Origin: Acidobacteriota bacterium
Lineage (GTDB): Bacteria; Acidobacteriota; UBA4820; DSQY01
Length of the DNA stretch: 64,000 nt
Assembly (NCBI GenBank): GCA_049967655.1
Contig: JBMFSH010000001.1
Coordinates: 64,001 to 128,000 of the forward strand
Direction: 5' to 3'
A program made the position numbers and the translations under genes. Below the pieces are notes generated by a model. The model ran no database searches, was not told where the DNA came from, and worked only from the letters and a program-made list of their open reading frames with translations. Shown here piece after piece: positions 40,559 to 53,100 of the stretch (position 1 is its first letter; the number at the start of each line of letters is the position of its first letter).

Positions 40559-41980
40559 GTGAATCGGAGCATTCATTTCGGGACCGACGGTTGGCGAGGC
40601 GTCATCGCGGAAGACTTCACCTTCGAGAACCTGCGGTTCGTGGCCCAGGCCGTGGCCGACTACCTGGACGAGAAGGCGGAGGACCGCCGAGTGGCCATCG
40701 GCTATGATTTCCGCTTCATGTCGGAGGATTTCGCCAAGGTGGTGGCGGAGGTTCTGATGGCCAACGGGGTCACCGTCTACCTTAGCCCCGAGGCGTGCCC
40801 CACGCCCCACGTCTCCTACTTCGTCCGCAAGAACGGCCTGCCCCTGGGCGTGGTCATCACCGCCAGCCACAACCCTTACCGCTACAACGGGCTCAAGCTC
40901 AAGGAGCGGTTCGGCGGCAGCGCCTCGCCGGAGACGACGCGGCAGATCGAGTCCATGCTGGGCATGAACCCGGTGCGCACGGCCTCCCTCCGCGAGGGCC
41001 GAACCTCGGGTCGGCTCATCGAGACCCCCTTGAACGAGGGCTACGATCGCTTCATCGAATCCCTCGTCGACATCCGGGCCATCCGCTCGGCCAGCCTCAA
41101 GGTGGTGGCCGACTCCATGAATGGCGTGGGCCAGAGGACGCTGGAGCGGTGGGTCTCCAGCGGGAGCTGCCGCGTGACCACGCTGAGGGCCGAGCGCGAT
41201 CCCCTCTTCGGCGGGAAGGCGCCCGAGCCGAAGGAGGAATACCTCGACCTGCTGAGGAACGCCGTGCTGGCCGAGCACGCCCAGGTCGGGCTGGCCACGG
41301 ACGGGGACGCCGACCGCTCGGGAGGCGTCCACGCCGACGGCAGCACCTTCACTCCCCTCGAAATGATCGCCTTGTTGGCCCTATTCCTCCTGGAGGACCG
41401 GAAGCAGACCGGTGTCATCGCGGCCACCAACGCGAACACCCTCTACCTCAAGCGGATCGCCGACTGGGCGGGGGTTCCTTACGCAAACAAGCCGGTGGGT
41501 TTCAAGTACATCGCAGAGCTCATGCAGAGCGAAAACCTCCTCATCGGCGGGGAGGAGAGCGGCGGCATGACCGTCCAGGGCTTTTTGCCCGAGCGCGACG
41601 GGGTCCTCATCAACCTGCTCCTGCTTGAAATGATGGTCAAGCGCGGCAAGGACTCGCTGGGCTTGGTCCGGGAGCTCCACGAGCGCTTCGGCGAGTTCCA
41701 CTTCCGGCGGCGGGACTTCCCCGTCGCTCCCGAAAAGGGAAGCCGCCAAGTGGGGCGGCTGGCCGAGCGCCCGCCCGCGGAGATTCTGGGGCGCAAGCTG
41801 GAGGGTGTGGACACCCTGGACGGCACCAAGCTCTTCCTCTCCGACGGCTCGTGGCTCCTCTTCAGGCAGTCGGGCACGGAGCCGATCCTGCGCGTCTACT
41901 GCGAAACGCCCTCGCGGAACGACCTGGATGAGCTGATCCAGGCGGGCATGCTGGCCCTGGGCGAAGCGGACCAGCGCTGA
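40559..41980 (+). CDS. Phosphoglucomutase/phosphomannomutase family protein
   Basis: FGTDGWRG, ITASHNP, DGDADR, GGEESGG, RQSGTEP. Confidence 0.95.
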   Translation: MNRSIHFGTDGWRGVIAEDFTFENLRFVAQAVADYLDEKAEDRRVAIGYDFRFMSEDFAKVVAEVLMANGVTVYLSPEACPTPHVSYFVRKNGLPLGVVITASHNPYRYNGLKLKERFGGSASPETTRQIESMLGMNPVRTASLREGRTSGRLIETPLNEGYDRFIESLVDIRAIRSASLKVVADSMNGVGQRTLERWVSSGSCRVTTLRAERDPLFGGKAPEPKEEYLDLLRNAVLAEHAQVGLATDGDADRSGGVHADGSTFTPLEMIALLALFLLEDRKQTGVIAATNANTLYLKRIADWAGVPYANKPVGFKYIAELMQSENLLIGGEESGGMTVQGFLPERDGVLINLLLLEMMVKRGKDSLGLVRELHERFGEFHFRRRDFPVAPEKGSRQVGRLAERPPAEILGRKLEGVDTLDGTKLFLSDGSWLLFRQSGTEPILRVYCETPSRNDLDELIQAGMLALGEADQR

Positions 41981-42023
41981 GCGTCCGCCTGGGCATCACC
42001 TTCCAAGAGGGGCGGAGCGAGCC

Positions 42024-43607
42024 ATGATCCGCCAGCGCGTCTCCGGCATCGAAGCTCCGCTGGGCAGGAGTTCCGAGGAATTCCTGCGAAAGGCCCTGGC
42101 GCGCGCTCTTCAGGTTCGCATCGAAGCGATCGGGGACCTGGCCGTCGTGCGCCGCTCCCTGGATGCGCGCAAGGGACGGCGCGAGCCGGTCTGGACCTTC
42201 GTTCTCGACGTCAGCCTCGCCGCGCGGCCGAGCCGGATTCCGAAGGGGGTGCGGTTGGGACCGGTTCCCGAGCGCAGGCCGCGCGTCGCCCCGAACGCCG
42301 TGCCTTTCAAGGGAATGAGCGTCGTGGTGGTGGGGACGGGCCCGGCGGGGCTCTTCGCGGCCCTCGCCCTGGCCGAGGGAGGGGCCTCTCTGACGGTGCT
42401 GGAACAGGGGCCCTGCCTTGAGGAGAGGGTCGTCGCCGTCCGGGACCTCTGGCGCTCGGGCGCCCTCAGCCCCGACGCCAACGTCCAGTTCGGGGAGGGG
42501 GGGGCCGGCACCTTCTCGGACGGCAAGCTCACCACCCGCATCAAGGATCCGCTTGCGCGGGAGGTGCTGGAGCTCTTCGTGGAGGCCGGCGCCCCGGAGG
42601 CGATCCTGGAGACGGCGCACCCGCACCTCGGGACGGACGGCGTGCGCGCCGTGGTGCGCCGTCTGCGCGAGAGGATCGAGGGACTCGGCGCGCGCTTCAT
42701 TTTCAAGGAGGCCCTGACCGGGATTCGGCGCTCCGCGCGTGGATGGCTGATTGAGACCGCCTCGGGGCAGCTCCTGGAGGCGCCCCTGGCCTTCCTGGCC
42801 GTGGGCCACTCGGCGCGGCCCCTCTTCCGGAGGCTGCTGGCCCTAGGCGTGCCGTTCCGGCCCAAGGGCTTCGCCGTGGGGGTCCGCGTGGAGCACCCGC
42901 AGGAGTGGGTGGATGCCCGCCAGTACGGAGCGGCCGCGGGGCACCCCGATCTTCCCGCGGCCGAGTACTTCCTGACCTACAAGGACCGCCCCACGGGCCG
43001 GGGCGTCTACTCCTTCTGCATGTGTCCCGGAGGCGTAATCGTCAACTCGGCCTCCGAGCCTGAGCGGCTCGTGACGAACGGCATGAGCATGTCCCACCGG
43101 GCCTCCCGCAGGGCCAACGCGGGAATCGTTGTGACGGTGGACCCCGAGGACTTCGGCGGCGAGCCGGAGGGGGGCCTCGCCTTTCAGGAGGGTCTTGAAA
43201 TGAAGGGCTACGAGTGGGGCGGCGGCGGATACTTCGCGCCCGCCCAGAGCCTGAAGGGCTTCCTGGAAGGACGCCCAGACGAGACCCAGCCCCGCACCAC
43301 CTTCAGGCCGGGAACGCGGCCGGTGGACCTGCGGGGATTCTTCCCCCCGTGGGTGGAGGAGCCGCTGCTGCGCGCCTTCCGGCATTTCGACGAGAAGATG
43401 CCCGGCTTCATCGAGAGGGGAGTGCTCCTCGCCCCCGAGACGCGCACCTCGGGGCCGCTCCAGCTGTGCCGCGCGGTGGACGGATCGGCCGAAGGCTTTC
43501 CCGGCCTCTACCTGGCGGGCGAGGGGGCCGGCTGGTCGGGCGGCATCGTCTCCTCCGCCGTGGACGCCCTCCGGTGCGTGGAGTCCTTGGCCCGTTCGAC
43601 CGCCTGA
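42024..43607 (+). CDS. FAD-dependent oxidoreductase (uncharacterised family)
   Basis: [57 protein letters not shown]. Confidence 0.9.
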   Translation: MIRQRVSGIEAPLGRSSEEFLRKALARALQVRIEAIGDLAVVRRSLDARKGRREPVWTFVLDVSLAARPSRIPKGVRLGPVPERRPRVAPNAVPFKGMSVVVVGTGPAGLFAALALAEGGASLTVLEQGPCLEERVVAVRDLWRSGALSPDANVQFGEGGAGTFSDGKLTTRIKDPLAREVLELFVEAGAPEAILETAHPHLGTDGVRAVVRRLRERIEGLGARFIFKEALTGIRRSARGWLIETASGQLLEAPLAFLAVGHSARPLFRRLLALGVPFRPKGFAVGVRVEHPQEWVDARQYGAAAGHPDLPAAEYFLTYKDRPTGRGVYSFCMCPGGVIVNSASEPERLVTNGMSMSHRASRRANAGIVVTVDPEDFGGEPEGGLAFQEGLEMKGYEWGGGGYFAPAQSLKGFLEGRPDETQPRTTFRPGTRPVDLRGFFPPWVEEPLLRAFRHFDEKMPGFIERGVLLAPETRTSGPLQLCRAVDGSAEGFPGLYLAGEGAGWSGGIVSSAVDALRCVESLARSTA

Positions 43608-43689
43608 CGCCCTCGACCTCGCCGGAATAACGGAAATGAGCGTCCCGTTGCAGGAACCTTGGTCTCACCGTGGGAGGAGAAGGTCGCCC

Positions 43690-45792
<2,103 letters not shown>

Positions 45793-45822
45793 AGGGACCG
45801 TCACGCCCCAGCCCCTTCCCCG

Positions 45823-46605
45823 TTACCGGGCGGCGGCGGGCGGAACCTGCGGGGCGGCAGGGGCGGTGGAGGTGGGCGGCGCCGCGGCGGGCGGCGCCTC
45901 GTGGGCCGGATCGGTGGGAGACGGGACGGCCCTCTGCCCCGGAGCGGCGGGAGGAGCCGCATCCCCGCCTTCCGTGGGTGGGCTCTCCGGGGCGGCGCCC
46001 TCCGGGCCCTGGTCGGGCGCGGCCTCCTGCACGGGTGGCGCTGGAGGGGCGGGCAGGAAACTGCCGCGCAAGACGAGGGGTGCGGGGAAGTGTGGGCTGC
46101 CCGGCCGGGGTGGCGGCTGGCAGGACAGGGCGAAGCCGTCGGGCTTGCTGGTGACCGAAAGGGGACCGCCGAATCCGTCCGTCACGGGGCAGTCGTGGAC
46201 GTAATTGGGTTCCAGCAGGGCCTTGGCCGCCGCGATGCCCTTCAGGTCCGGGTAGGCCCCCTGCTCCTGCCGGTAGCGCTCCAGGGCCTGGCTCACCTCG
46301 GCCATTCGGAGGGTGCTGACTTCCACGCGCTGTTCGTACTGCTGTCGAACCTTCCAATGAAGGAAAAGGGCCGACTCACCGATGAACAGGATGGCCCCCA
46401 GGCCGCAGAGGGCCACTCCGGCCCAGATCTTCGGGCGTCCTGCGTAGCGCTCGGGCGATCGGGCGCTGAGGGCGCCCGCGAGGAGGGCCGCCGCCACTCC
46501 CAGAACCACCCAGAGGGGAGCCAGTGGGGGAAGGAGGCTCAGGACTCCCAGGGTGAGGGCGGCGTTGGCGAAAAGGTGGGAGGGGGTACCGGGATCACGC
46601 TTCAT
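45823..46605 (-). CDS. Membrane protein (DUF4190-like TMs) with a GspG-like domain and Pro/Ala-rich tail
   Basis: ALTLGVLSLL TM pattern; ALERYRQEQGAYP..LEPNYV..TDGFGGPL resembles the pseudopilin globular domain. Confidence 0.65.
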   Translation of the reverse strand: MKRDPGTPSHLFANAALTLGVLSLLPPLAPLWVVLGVAAALLAGALSARSPERYAGRPKIWAGVALCGLGAILFIGESALFLHWKVRQQYEQRVEVSTLRMAEVSQALERYRQEQGAYPDLKGIAAAKALLEPNYVHDCPVTDGFGGPLSVTSKPDGFALSCQPPPRPGSPHFPAPLVLRGSFLPAPPAPPVQEAAPDQGPEGAAPESPPTEGGDAAPPAAPGQRAVPSPTDPAHEAPPAAAPPTSTAPAAPQVPPAAAR

Positions 46606-46681
46606 GGAGCGGCCAGACTCCTTCTTCGCCGTTCGGCCTGGTTCATGGTACCGCAGGTCCCCGGTTCCCGCCAGGTGTGCC

Positions 46682-47587
46682 TCAGCCGATCTCGGAGGTG
46701 GCGTCGCTCGGGAAGACCAGCGTGAGGGCCCTGGGTCGGAGGGTCACCTCGACGGGTGTTCTCGCCAGATCATCGCCGTCGGCCTCGATCGGTACGGGGG
46801 AATCGGAGGCGATCCGCAGGGCCGCCGCGTTGAAGGCCCACACGCCCCGGCCCCGGTCCAGGCCGCCGTGCAGCAGTCTGGGAAGCAGGGCCGGCAGATG
46901 GCGCTGGAGGGGCGGTTCGAGGCCCACGACCCTGAAGGTCGGCACCGTCAGGCCGGAGCTCCGCGACACGCTCAGGAAGCCGGCGCCGTAACGTTTGGCG
47001 TGGAGAATGAAGAGCTGGCAGGCCTCCCCCCGCCGTCCGTCATCCATCTCCACCTGGAGGTCGGGAAGACCCCCCGAGACCAGGTGCAGAAGCGCGCCGT
47101 AGACGTAGGCCCACGCACCGGTCTGGCGTTTCATGGCGAGGTCCACGGAGGCCACGGCGAGGGAGTCCAGCCCGGCGGAGGCGCAGAATGTGAAGATGTG
47201 CTTCTCTCCCACCACCCCGAGACCCACCTCGCGCGCGGTCCCTGAGGCGGCTATGCCGGCGCAGTCCACGAGCCTGTGCAGGGGAAGACGCATCTCCCGG
47301 GCCAGGACGTTGGCCGTGCCCAGCGGGATGACGGCCAGCTCCACGCCGCTCCCCGCCAGTCCCTGGGCAGCCTCGCGGACGCTGCCGTCGCCCCCGCAGA
47401 TCACCACCCGCTGAAAGCCCTCCCGCACTGCCTCGGCCGCGCACAGGGTCAGATCGCCCGCGGCTCGGGAGGCCATCTCCTCCACGGAGAACCCGCGGAG
47501 GGCGAATTCGGCGGCTATGTGAGAGCGCAGGGAGGGATCGGGCGCCGCGCGTGCGGCGGGGTTGTAGAGCAGCATGGCCCTCGCCAC
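46682..47587 (-). CDS. Diacylglycerol/lipid kinase family protein (DagK/YegS)
   Basis: YNPAA, CGGDGSVRE, IPLGTANVLARE, EADGD. Confidence 0.9.
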   Translation of the reverse strand: MARAMLLYNPAARAAPDPSLRSHIAAEFALRGFSVEEMASRAAGDLTLCAAEAVREGFQRVVICGGDGSVREAAQGLAGSGVELAVIPLGTANVLAREMRLPLHRLVDCAGIAASGTAREVGLGVVGEKHIFTFCASAGLDSLAVASVDLAMKRQTGAWAYVYGALLHLVSGGLPDLQVEMDDGRRGEACQLFILHAKRYGAGFLSVSRSSGLTVPTFRVVGLEPPLQRHLPALLPRLLHGGLDRGRGVWAFNAAALRIASDSPVPIEADGDDLARTPVEVTLRPRALTLVFPSDATSEIG

Positions 47588-47631
47588 TGAAATGTTCCCT
47601 CCCTACCGGGGGTTGCACAGACGGCTCGCCC

Positions 47632-49779
47632 CTACCGGTTGCTCCTCCGGATGGCCAGGATGCCCTGGATCTGGCTGATGCGGCTGATGATCTGGTTGAG
47701 GTGGCTCTTGTCCTTGATGAGCAGGGAGAGGCGCACCAGTCCTTCGCCCTTGTCCGTGACCGTCCCATCGATGTGGCGGATGGGCGCCTTCGAATCGGCC
47801 ACCACCTGCGTGATGGCGGCCACGATGCCCGCCTTGTCCTCGGTCTGGATGGTGACGTGGACTTCGTGGCCCGGGGAGCCCGCCTCCTTCCCGTCCCAGT
47901 GCACCTCCATGATGCGGTCGGGGTTGTAGGCGTGGCGGGTGATGTTGGGGCAGTCGGCACGGTGCACCACCAGGCCTCGTCCCCGCGAAATGAATCCCAC
48001 TACCTCGTCCCCGCGGATGGGGTTGCAGCATCGGGCCAGGGTTGTGAGGAGGTCCGAGGCGCCGCGAACCACGAGCGCCGGCTGGCGAGGATCCGGCGCG
48101 GCCACCTTGGCCGGAACGGCGGGCGGCTCCTCGCCTCGCTGCACCAGTTTTCGGGCGAAGACCTTGGCTGACAGCTTGCCGTAGCCGATCTCGGCGTGAA
48201 GTGAGTCGAGATCGGGGAGGGAGGCCTTCTTGAGCGCCTCGGTGAGCAGCCCGGAGTCCTGGGCCTCCTTCAGGGTGGTCTTCAGCCGCTTCACCTCGCG
48301 GTCCAGGAGGGCCTTCCCCAGCTCCACGGCCCTCGCCTTCTCCTGCACATTCAGCCAGGCCTTGATCTTGCTGAGCGCCCGCCCCGTCACGGCCGCCTTG
48401 AGCCAGTCCCGAGAAGGCCGCCCGGAGGGACTGGTGATGATCTCCACCACGTCTCCGCTCTTCATCGGCGTCTTCAGCGGCACCAGCTTGTTGTTGAGCT
48501 TGGCGCCCACGCAGCGGTGGCCCACCTCGGTGTGGATGGAGTAGGCGAAATCGATGGGAGTGGCCCCGCGCGGGAAGGAGAGCACCTGTCCCTTGGGAGT
48601 GAAGACGTAGACCTCCTTCGGGTAGAGGTCCACCTTGAGGTTCTGGATGAACTCCGTATCCCCCTGGCCCTCCTGCTTCCACTCCAGGAGCTGGCGCAGC
48701 CACTGGGTGGTGTCGCTCTGGTCCTTCTGGGAGAGCCGCCCCTCCTTGTACTGCCAGTGGGCGGCGAGGCCGTTCTCCGCCTCCTCGTGCATGCGCTCGG
48801 TCCGAATCTGGATCTCGAAGGGATGGCCGCTGGGACCGATGACGGAGGTGTGAAGAGAGCGGTAGTGGTTCTCCTTGGGGATGGCGATGAAGTCCTTGAA
48901 CCGGCCTGGAATGGGCTTCCAGAGGCTGTGGACCACGCCGAGCACGGCGTAGCAGTCTTTCACCGAACCCACCAGGATGCGGAAGGCCATGTAGTCGTAG
49001 ACGTGCTCCACGCCGATGCCCTGATGCTTCAACTTCTGCCAGATGCTGTACAGGTGTTTCACGCGGCCGTGCACCCTGCCCTCGACCGAGATGCCGCTCA
49101 GGGCCTTCCGAATTTCGGCCTGGGTCTCCTCGATGAAGTTGTCGCTGTAGGCGCGCTTCTCCTGGAGCGCCTGCGCCAGGCGGGTGTACTCCTCGGGATA
49201 GGCGTACCGGAATCCCAGGTCCTCCAGCTCGGTCTTGATCTTTCCCATGCCGAGCCGGTAGGCGATGGGGGCGTAGATCTGGAGGGTCTCCAGCGCCTTG
49301 GCGGGCCGCCGGTGTTCGGGAAGGGCCTGCATGGTCCGGAGGTTGTGAAGGCGGTCCGCGAGCTTCACGAGGATCACCCGAATGTCGTCCACCATGGCGA
49401 GGACCACCTTCCGGAGCGTGGCCCACTCGCGCTCCTCACGGCTCTGAAGGGGGACCTTCTCCTCGATCTTGGTCACCCCGTCTACGATGTGGCTCACCTC
49501 CGGCCCGAAGCGGCGCTGGATCTCCTGAAGGCTCACGGAGAGGTTATCCTCCACCACGTCGTGCAGAAGCCCCGAGACGATGGCGATGTCGTCCGCCTTC
49601 AGATCGGCCAGGATGTCGCAGACGGCCACGGGGTGAACCAGGTAGGGCTCCCCCGAAACCCTCGTCTGGCCCTCGTGCGCATAGGCGGAAAAGAGGTAGG
49701 CCCGCTGCAGCAGCCGCGAGTCCGAGCTCGGATTGTACAGCTTGACCTTTTCGATGACGTGATCTATGCGCGGCAGCAT
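47632..49779 (-). CDS. rel: Bifunctional (p)ppGpp synthetase/hydrolase (long RSH)
   Basis: SGEPYLVHP, LLHDVVED, KLADRLHN, RFKDFIAIPK..YRSLHT, TGS domain, CCNPIRGD, ACT C-terminus. Confidence 0.96.
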   Translation of the reverse strand: MLPRIDHVIEKVKLYNPSSDSRLLQRAYLFSAYAHEGQTRVSGEPYLVHPVAVCDILADLKADDIAIVSGLLHDVVEDNLSVSLQEIQRRFGPEVSHIVDGVTKIEEKVPLQSREEREWATLRKVVLAMVDDIRVILVKLADRLHNLRTMQALPEHRRPAKALETLQIYAPIAYRLGMGKIKTELEDLGFRYAYPEEYTRLAQALQEKRAYSDNFIEETQAEIRKALSGISVEGRVHGRVKHLYSIWQKLKHQGIGVEHVYDYMAFRILVGSVKDCYAVLGVVHSLWKPIPGRFKDFIAIPKENHYRSLHTSVIGPSGHPFEIQIRTERMHEEAENGLAAHWQYKEGRLSQKDQSDTTQWLRQLLEWKQEGQGDTEFIQNLKVDLYPKEVYVFTPKGQVLSFPRGATPIDFAYSIHTEVGHRCVGAKLNNKLVPLKTPMKSGDVVEIITSPSGRPSRDWLKAAVTGRALSKIKAWLNVQEKARAVELGKALLDREVKRLKTTLKEAQDSGLLTEALKKASLPDLDSLHAEIGYGKLSAKVFARKLVQRGEEPPAVPAKVAAPDPRQPALVVRGASDLLTTLARCCNPIRGDEVVGFISRGRGLVVHRADCPNITRHAYNPDRIMEVHWDGKEAGSPGHEVHVTIQTEDKAGIVAAITQVVADSKAPIRHIDGTVTDKGEGLVRLSLLIKDKSHLNQIISRISQIQGILAIRRSNR

Positions 49780-49843
49780 GCTCTTCCACTTCCTTCCGTC
49801 TCGCAAAGAGGGCCGGATGGCCGCTCCCCAGCCCAATCTAGTA

Positions 49844-49872
49844 AAGTTAAGGTACGGAAGAGTCTGGTGCAA
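49844..49872 (-). promoter_or_regulatory. Candidate sigma70 promoter of rel
   Basis: Minus strand TTGCAC-17 bp-TAACTT. Confidence 0.45.
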
Positions 49873-49889
49873 CAGCGCGGCAGGGAGGT

Positions 49890-50029
49890 GGGACAAGGGA
49901 CAGGGGACAGGGGGGAGGAGGGGAGCACTGCCGGCCGGCCCTTTTCGACATCACCTCATCACCTCCTCCCGAAATCTCGACGCGAGGAGTTCAGCGGAGC
50001 GGCCGGAGAGAGCGGGGTCTCCCTCTTGG
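49890..50029. repeat. Tandem repeat blocks plus a partial copy of the pilB/pilM insert
   Basis: GGGACAR x3 (49890-49910); CATCACCT x2 (49949-49964); 49986-50015 matches 22841-22870 at 28/30. Confidence 0.75.
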
Positions 50030-50074
50030 GATGGGGAGCGAGCGGCCGCGAGCGGCCTTTCATGCGGCCTTTCA

Positions 50075-50104
50075 TTGACATGGTTCCGGCAAGGCCCTTA
50101 TGAT
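50075..50104 (+). promoter_or_regulatory. Sigma70 promoter of the MCP fusion gene
   Basis: TTGACA-18 bp-TATGAT; preceded by GCGGCCTTTCAT x2. Confidence 0.65.
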
Positions 50105-50135
50105 GAGCGAGATCACGGAAGGAGGGGCAGAGCCC

Positions 50136-53100
50136 ATGCAGGCATGGCTGAGAGCGGTGCTGGTCGGCGCGGTGGCGATGGCGTTGCTGGCGGTGCTGGG
50201 TGTCCTGATGTTGCCCACCTCCACCTTCACCGGCCGCTTCTGGCTGTACCTGCTGATCTGCGGCGCCCTGGCCGGCGGGGCGGCGGCCCTCTCCCGCCGG
50301 GAGGCCGCGGCGGACCAATCCCCTCTGGACCAGATGCTCCGCAGCCTGGCCTCCGGCAACCTGGCCATCGGGGTCGACGCGCTCTCCCGGGAGGTCACGG
50401 AGGCACACCCCGGCTTCCTGCGGGTGCTCCGCTCCTTCCAGAACATCATCAGCTATCTCCAGGATACGGCGGAGAGCGTCTCCACCGCCTCCAGCCGGAT
50501 CACCGACAAGACCCGCAGCTTCTTCCGGGAAGCCAAGGATCAGGCCGAGTCCGTGACCCAGGTCCGGAACTCCATTGCCGAACTCGAAAACGAGATCGAG
50601 AAGGTGGTGGAGGGGGTGGACATCCTCTCCGGTTTCACGGACAAAACCAGTAGCTCCATCCTGGAGATGCGTGCCTCCATCGAGGAGGTGCTGGGCGCTA
50701 CGCGGAACCTGTCGGACTTCGTGGACGAGATCAGCGCGTCGATCGAGGAGATGGTGCGCTCCGTCGAGGAGGTGGCCGGCCACGCCGAGAGCCTCTCCTC
50801 CTTCGCCGTCCAGAACTCCTCCGCCATGGTGCAGATGGACGCCACGATCGGGCAGATCGAGGCCAACATCCAGGAGGCGGAGGTCATGTCCAACCAGGTG
50901 TCGACCGCCGCCCAGGGCGGGGTGACCGTGGTGAAGGAGACGGTCAACGGACTGGAGAAGATCCAGGCCGCCATGAACGCGAACATGGCCTCCATGGAGT
51001 CCCTCAGCCAGAGATCCAAGGAGATCGGCAAGATCCTGAAGGTGATCCGCGATATCGCCGACCAGACCAACCTCCTGGCCCTCAACGCCGCCATCATAGC
51101 GGCGCAGGCGGGCGAGCACGGCAAGAGCTTCGGCGTGGTCGCCGAGGAGATCCGGGATCTGGCGGAGCGCACCTCCGCCTCCACCTCCGAAGTGGGCACC
51201 ATCATCCTGACGATCCAGAAGGAGGTGGAGCAGGCCGGCCGGGTGGCCCGGGAGGGCACGCAGCGGGTCGAGGAGGGGGTCCGGCTGGGGCGCGCCTCCG
51301 AGGACAACTTGAAGAGCATCCGCGAGTTTATCGAGACGGCCGGCACCAGCATCAGCCACATCGCCCGGGCGACCTCGGAGCAGGCCAAGGGGAGCCGCCA
51401 GGTGACCACGGCCATCGAGGAGATGACGGGCAGGATCGAGCAGATCTCCCTGGCCACCCGCGAACAGGCCAAGACCTCCAAGCTCATCAGCCAGAAGAGC
51501 CTGGTCATGAAGGAGCTGACCAAGAGCGTGGACCGGGCCATGCAGGAGGAGGCGCTGGGCAGCCGCGCCATTGCCGACGGAATGGACCAGGTCCGGAGCT
51601 CCGTGGAAAAGGCGCAGAAGGCCCTTTTGCGCATGTCCCAGGCCGGCCAGCAGATCGTCAAGGCCGTCGATACCGTGGCGGCGGTGTCCCAACAGAACCT
51701 CGCCGGGGCGAGGGATCTCTCCTCGACCGCGGGAACCCTTCGCCAGGACAGCATCCTGATGGTGGAACAGCTGTCGGGATTTAGGCTGCCCAAGCCCGTT
51801 CCGGGCGGCGAGATCCGCGTGGGTTACGTTCGCTACGAGTTCAACATGGACCACGCCTTCGCCGACAACGTCCGCGATTCGGCCCTGGTGGAGAACTTCA
51901 ACGAGGGCCTCGTGAAGTTCGGCTACGGCACCAAGCTCCTGCCCGCCGTGGCCGAGAGCTGGGACGTGAGCATGGACGGCTTGGTGTACCTGTTCCACCT
52001 GCGCCCCGGGGCGCTGTTTCACAACGGCCGGGCGGTGACCGCCGAGGACGTGGTCTTCTCGTGGCACCGGGCGCTGGACCCCAAGCTGGGCAAGGAGGGG
52101 CAGTGGTTCCTGTCGGCGGTGGTGGGCTCCGAGGAGTTCATGGCGGGAAAGGCCCGGCGGATAGAGGGAATCAGGGCGTTGGACAGCCGGTCGGTGGAGG
52201 TCCGACTCCGGGAGCCCCTCGCCTTCTTCCTCTACATGCTAACCGCCCCGGAGGCGAGCATCATCCCCCGCGAGGCCATGGACGAAAGAACCCTCCGGAT
52301 CACAAAGCCTATCGGTTGCGGGCCTTTCCGCGTGGTGAGCGCGGAGCCGGGCCGGGTCCAATTCGAACGCTTCAAGGGCTATTACGAACCCGGTCTGCCC
52401 TACATCGACCGGCTCGTGTTCGACTACTCCTCATCCTCCGAAAGCGAGCTGTTGGGGCGACTGAAATCGGGGGCGTCGCAAATAGTCATGGCCCTCTCCT
52501 CCGAAAGCCTGGAGGGCCTGCTGGCGGATCCCTTCTGGCAAAACAACACGGAGCAAACCATCCTCCTCAACACCCAGATCCACGTCATCCGCAACGACCT
52601 GGCGCCGGGGAACATCAAGGAGTTCAGGCAGGCCCTCAACTACGCCGTGGACAGGAACGGCCTCCTGGCCCGCTACCCCCACGTGCGGGCCACACCGGCC
52701 AAGGGGATCTTCCCTCCCGGCATCCTCGGCTACAAGGCGGACCGCAAGGGCTACTACCACGACCCGGACAAGGCCCGGTGGCTGCTGGCCAAGGCGGGCT
52801 TTGCCCAAGGCCTCGATTTGACCATTGCCATGGACAAGAGCCGTGCCACGCAATTCCAGGAGGCCCTCCTGATCTTTGACATGTACCGAGCGGTGGGCGT
52901 GCGCATCACGGTGGACCCGGTGAGCCACGAGGAGTTCGAGGCGCGCCGCAGAGCCGCGGGAGGCCGGCCCCTCATCTACCCGTCGGGGTGGTACGCGGAC
53001 TACCCGGACCCAGACAGCTTCCTCTTCGTGCTTTTCCACCGGCTGGGGGGCGACGCCCTCCAGACCCGATACCACAACCCCCTCCTCGATGACCTCATCG

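Noticed and set aside
50100..50135. ORF-track start at 50100 for the MCP fusion
   Set aside because: It overlaps the -10 element; ATG 50136 has a GGAGG RBS
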